A stretch of 64,000 nt of DNA, from contig CALSCO010000090.1 in assembly GCA_943704415.1 (NCBI GenBank), positions 1 through 64,000 of the forward strand. The letters are read 5' to 3'. Source of the stretch: Parvularia atlantis. Lineage: Eukaryota. The translations under genes and the position numbers were made by a program. Positions 60,245 through 64,000 of this stretch are shown piece after piece (position 1 is the first letter of the stretch; the number at the start of each line of letters is the position of its first letter). The notes under the pieces are model-generated. The model saw nothing but the letters and a program-made list of their open reading frames with translations, ran no database searches and had not been told where the DNA came from.

Positions 60245-61794
60245 TCACTCATCCTGCGTCTGCTCCTGCTCGCTGGCGGGTTCCTGCTCGCTGGCGGGCT
60301 CCTGCTCGCTGGCGGGTTCCTGCTCGCTGGCCGGCTCCTGCTCGCTGGCGGGCTCCTGCTCGCTGGCGGGCTCAGGCGCGGCCTCGGCCTGGCGATCAGG
60401 CTCAGGCTCGCAAACAGGCTCAGGCACAGGCTCAGGCTCGCGAACAGGCTCAGGCACGGGCTCAGGCTCGCAAACAGGCTCAGGCACAGGCTTGGCGGGC
60501 GGCGTGGCCTCGGGCGGCGTGACGGTGATTGTGATCTCGGGCAGCGGCGCGGCCTGCGCGGGCGCGGCAAAGAGCGCGTTGACGCCCTGGAAGATGCACA
60601 GCGTGACGCGCGTGATCAGGTCGCTCTCGGCCATGAGCTTCATCGGGTCGTCGTCCGTGCCTGCGTGGGCAATGAGCACGCTTCGAGGCGCGCCGGGCGC
60701 AGTGCACCGCGCAGCAGGTTCGGCCCGAATACGGTCGCGAGGTTCTTGAGGTCCATCTTACTGCGCGCCGAGTGCTCGGCCACGCGCACAAGGAAGCGCG
60801 AGAGGTACTCGAGCAGCGCGCGGTTCTCGTGCGGGAGCGCGGCGATCGTCGTGTGCAGCGCGTCTGGCAGCGTTGCCTCCTTGTCTGCGCACGGTGAGCG
60901 TGCGCCGAGCGTCGAGGGTCTGCGCACCGCGGCACACGGCGAGCAGCGCGTCATAGTTGGCCGTGAGCATGAGCGGCTGCGGCATCGAGCGCAGGTACAG
61001 CTTGAGCAGGCCCGCGACGACGTGCGGGTCCTCGGCCGCCTCGAACGACGGGTTGCGGCCGAGGTCAAACGCGTTGCGCAGCTCCTGGATGCGGTCAAAG
61101 TTGCCGCCGAGCCGGAAGATGCCCTCCTCGGCCGTGCGGTCTACGCGCACACGCTCAGTAGCACGCCCACGACGTGAACGAGGCGCCCGCACTCTTGGCT
61201 GTGAGGAACTCGACGCACTTGACGACGACGAGCGGCAGCGCGCGCTCGGCGTCGAACGCGGCAGGCCTCCCCTTGAGCGTCGCGAGGTCGACGCCGAAGA
61301 CGATCTCGTCCTGGCGCAGCGCGGCCTACGACGGTGGCTGCGGATGAGCGCCGTGCTGCCCGCACACGAGGCGCAGCGGCCGCTGCCGCACCCGGCCGTT
61401 GACGTTCTTGAGCGCGTCGACCCACGCGGCCTGCTCGAGCTCAGACGCGGCGACAAAGTAGTAGTACTTGCGCGGATGGCGCGGGCTGCGCGGCTCCCTG
61501 CCGGCGAGGCGGAAGCAGTGCTCCTTGCGCGGCGGGTCCTTGGGCAGCACCGCGGCGGCCTCGCGGTTGAGCAGCTCGTAGCGCTTGACGGGGCGCTTGA
61601 GCTGCGGCGCGGCACGCGACACGCGGTCAAAACACACACGCGACGCGCCGTTTCGCGCCTCCGCGCACCTTGGCGTCGGCGTACTGCACGAGCGTCTGCC
61701 CCTCAATCGCGAACCAGCGGCGCGTCCAGCCCTTGAGCAGGCCCGTGCGCACGAGCAGCGGGCCCGCCTTGCCCAGGGCCGCCGCGTCGGTCAT
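60245..61794 (-). CDS. PH-domain + RhoGAP protein with acidic repeat tail
   Basis: [24 protein letters not shown]; Rho[44 protein letters not shown]. Confidence 0.92.
60263..60490 (-). repeat. Coding minisatellites: 18-nt unit x6 (EPASEQ) and 30-nt unit x3 (PVPEPVC/REPE)
   Basis: ctcctgctcgctggcggg repeats at 60263-60373; ctcaggctcgcaaacaggctcaggcacagg repeats at 60401-60490. Confidence 0.95.
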
Positions 61795-62217
61795 CCAAGT
61801 CGTCGGAAACGTCGCGGTCGACGTTCGAGTGCGGATGAGACGTCACCGCGGCGCACAGCCAATCGGCGTCTTTCATCAGCGATCAAAACCATATCGGTCG
61901 TGTGCCGTTCCTTTGTCGCGTCGGGGCAGGCCGCGTGCGCACCGGGGGCGGACCTGGGGCGGCGGTGTCGCGACCCGCGCGCGGGAGACGCGCCCGTCTT
62001 CTTTTTGCGCCGTGCCCGTGCGCCGACCGTGGGCAGCGGGCTGGCAACCAGCAGCACGACGCCGCCCGTGTGTGCACCGCGTCCCGCCCGTGGGCCGCGA
62101 CCTCGTCTGCCCTTCTCTCTCGCCCTCTCTCTCTCTCTCTCTCTCTCGCCGCGGCACCGCCATCAGCTGACCCGCGGGGCCGTGCGCGCCGCAGCACCCT
62201 CCGCCCCTCCGCGCCGA

Positions 62218-62230
62218 ATGAGCACACGAC

Positions 62231-62270
<40 letters not shown>

Positions 62271-62337
62271 CAATCCGCACCACGTCAGCCAGCCCTCAAC
62301 CGTGGCCTTCTTCGAGCAGCAGCTGCGGCAACAGGCG

Positions 62338-62375
<38 letters not shown>

Positions 62376-62431
62376 GCAGGCGCCGTACAGCGTCAGCAGC
62401 AGCGGTAACCAGGGCGCGCCGCCCATGCGCC

Positions 62432-62465
<34 letters not shown>

Positions 62466-64000
62466 CCTCGCGCCGTCCGCGCTGCACCACCCCGAGCCCG
62501 CCGACGACGCCTACGCCCCCGACTCGGCCGACTCGGGCGGCAGCGGCACGGCCCCCGCGGCGGGCGGCGCGGCCGGCAGAGGCGGCGTGTCCGAGTTTGT
62601 GCGCAAGCTCTCGCGGTCCGCGCTCTCTTTTATTTCGCCCTCCTGTTGTCGCCCCGTGACGTGCTCACGGGCCCCCTCGCGCTTGCCCGCAGCATGCTCG
62701 ACGACGAGAGCGCGGCGTCGGTCGTGTGCTGGTCGCCGGCGGGCAACGGGTTCGTCGTCAAGGTCCGCGCCGTTTCGCTCCGGCGGTCGCGACCATCGCC
62801 GGCCGCTCACCGCCCGCGCGCGCGACTCACAGGACCAGGCCGCGTTCGCCCGCGACGTCCTCCCGCGCCACTTCAGGCACAACAACTTCTCGAGCTTCGT
62901 GCGCCAGCTCAACAAGTACGGCTTCCACAAGGTCCTTGAGGCCAAGACCGGCGCCGAGGGCCGCGTCGCCTCGGCCGACCGCTGCGAGTTCCATCACCCG
63001 AACTTTGCGCGCGACGGCGGCGAGCTCACGCAGATCCGCCGGCGCACGCCCGCGCAGCGGCGCAACGAGGGTACGCAAGGGGCTTTGCCGTGTCACGGCA
63101 AAGCTGTCCGCTGCCCGCTGCTGACGCTGACGTGCTCGCCCCGCAGCCATCGTCGACACCCGGGAGGACGCGGACGAGCTGCGGCGCGAGACGGGCGAGC
63201 TACAGGCCCAGGTCGACACGCTCACGGGCTCGCAGCGCGAGATATCTCTGTACGTCCAGACCCTCGCCAACAGCTACGAGATGGTCGTGCGGGAGCTGCT
63301 CCACTTCAAGAAGACAATGGCCATGCAGGACCAGCTGATGCAGAACCTGCTGCAGTACCTCGTCAACAGGGAGAGCAACGGTGCGGCCGGGGGCCCCCGC
63401 GCGCGCGCCGTCAACAGCGACCTTACACTCGCACGTGCAGAGGACGGCTCGCGCAGCATTACCGACACGATCCCAGAGTCGCGGCACCTCATGGGCAACG
63501 ACCGCATACAGTCACGTGCGTCCCTGCTGCGCGCCCGCCACGCCGCCCGTCCGCCGCACTGACGCCGGCCGCAGCGTCATCGCTGTTCCTCAACCCGGCA
63601 AACATCACGGGCGGCTCGTCGGCCGCGGCCCGGGCGTCGTGGCCGACCCCGTTCAGCCAGCCGCTCAACGGAAACGGCATGGCGTCGGCCATCTCGCCGC
63701 GGTTCTTCCTCGCGGGCTCGTCGGCGCCCACGCCGCGCCGCGGCAACGGCGACACGCCCGCACAGCTGCCGATCTGGACGCCGTCCGAGGTGACCGCGTC
63801 GTACACGGAGCTCAACTACGGCGCGATCGCCGACGTGGCCAACGTGCGTCGCCTTGTGGCGCACGCCGCGCCGGGCCGCTGCCCGCTGAGCACGCGGGGG
63901 GGCGGGGGCGCAGGCGTCGTTGACGCAGATGGACGAGCTGTCGCGGCGCACACGCGCAGTCCGGAACACGGGCGCGCCCGACCAGTCGGCGGACGACTCG
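62218..64000 (+). CDS. HSF-type DNA-binding transcription factor, Skn7/Prr1-like; 3' end outside window
   Basis: polyG/polyQ N-terminus; [48 protein letters not shown]; coiled coil [23 protein letters not shown]. Confidence 0.9.

Noticed and set aside
60263..60490. Possible CRISPR-like array
   Set aside because: Head-to-tail tandem units without unique spacers, in frame within a eukaryotic CDS

Overview
A very GC-rich, extremely gene-dense eukaryotic nuclear segment with about 31 protein-coding genes. These are broken by roughly 250 short spliceosomal introns (manual estimate; mostly ~50-80 nt), so the ORF track shows only exon fragments and antisense shadows. Reconstructing splicing by hand gives, in order: PRP17/CDC40, an ATOS/FAM214-like gene, ISCU, a Ser/Thr kinase, RFC3, SDS22, an intronless GT92-like glycosyltransferase, CTP synthase, a cytochrome P450, CDC48, DDX46/PRP5, an F-box/TolB-like propeller protein, a CYB5RL-like reductase, an MscS channel, an M36 fungalysin, UGP1, a UCP-like carrier, GAPDH, RGP1, a C9orf85-like gene, a tail-anchored ankyrin protein, a 7TM-RGS fusion, an arylsulfatase, FBXO9/HRT3, a GPI-anchored Frizzled-CRD-like protein, biotin ligase, a small membrane protein, CNNM/MAM3, BDP1, an ERI1-family exonuclease, a PH-RhoGAP, and an HSF/Skn7-like factor that runs off the end. 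The standard genetic code is used. Protein content looks opisthokont and fungus-leaning, possibly an early-branching holomycotan such as a nucleariid (inference). Most striking features: (1) an unusual intron grammar with a GTGCGY donor, no polypyrimidine tract and at least 17 GC-AG introns, four of them in one gene; (2) head-to-head genes whose ATGs are only 14-58 nt apart; (3) several unusual domain architectures (7TM-RGS, a minimal MscS with a likely mitochondrial presequence, HORMA-like+ATOS, F-box+TolB-like, stand-alone GPI-CRD). No rRNA, tRNA, CRISPR array or mobile element was recognised. One assembly gap lies at 19103-19149.
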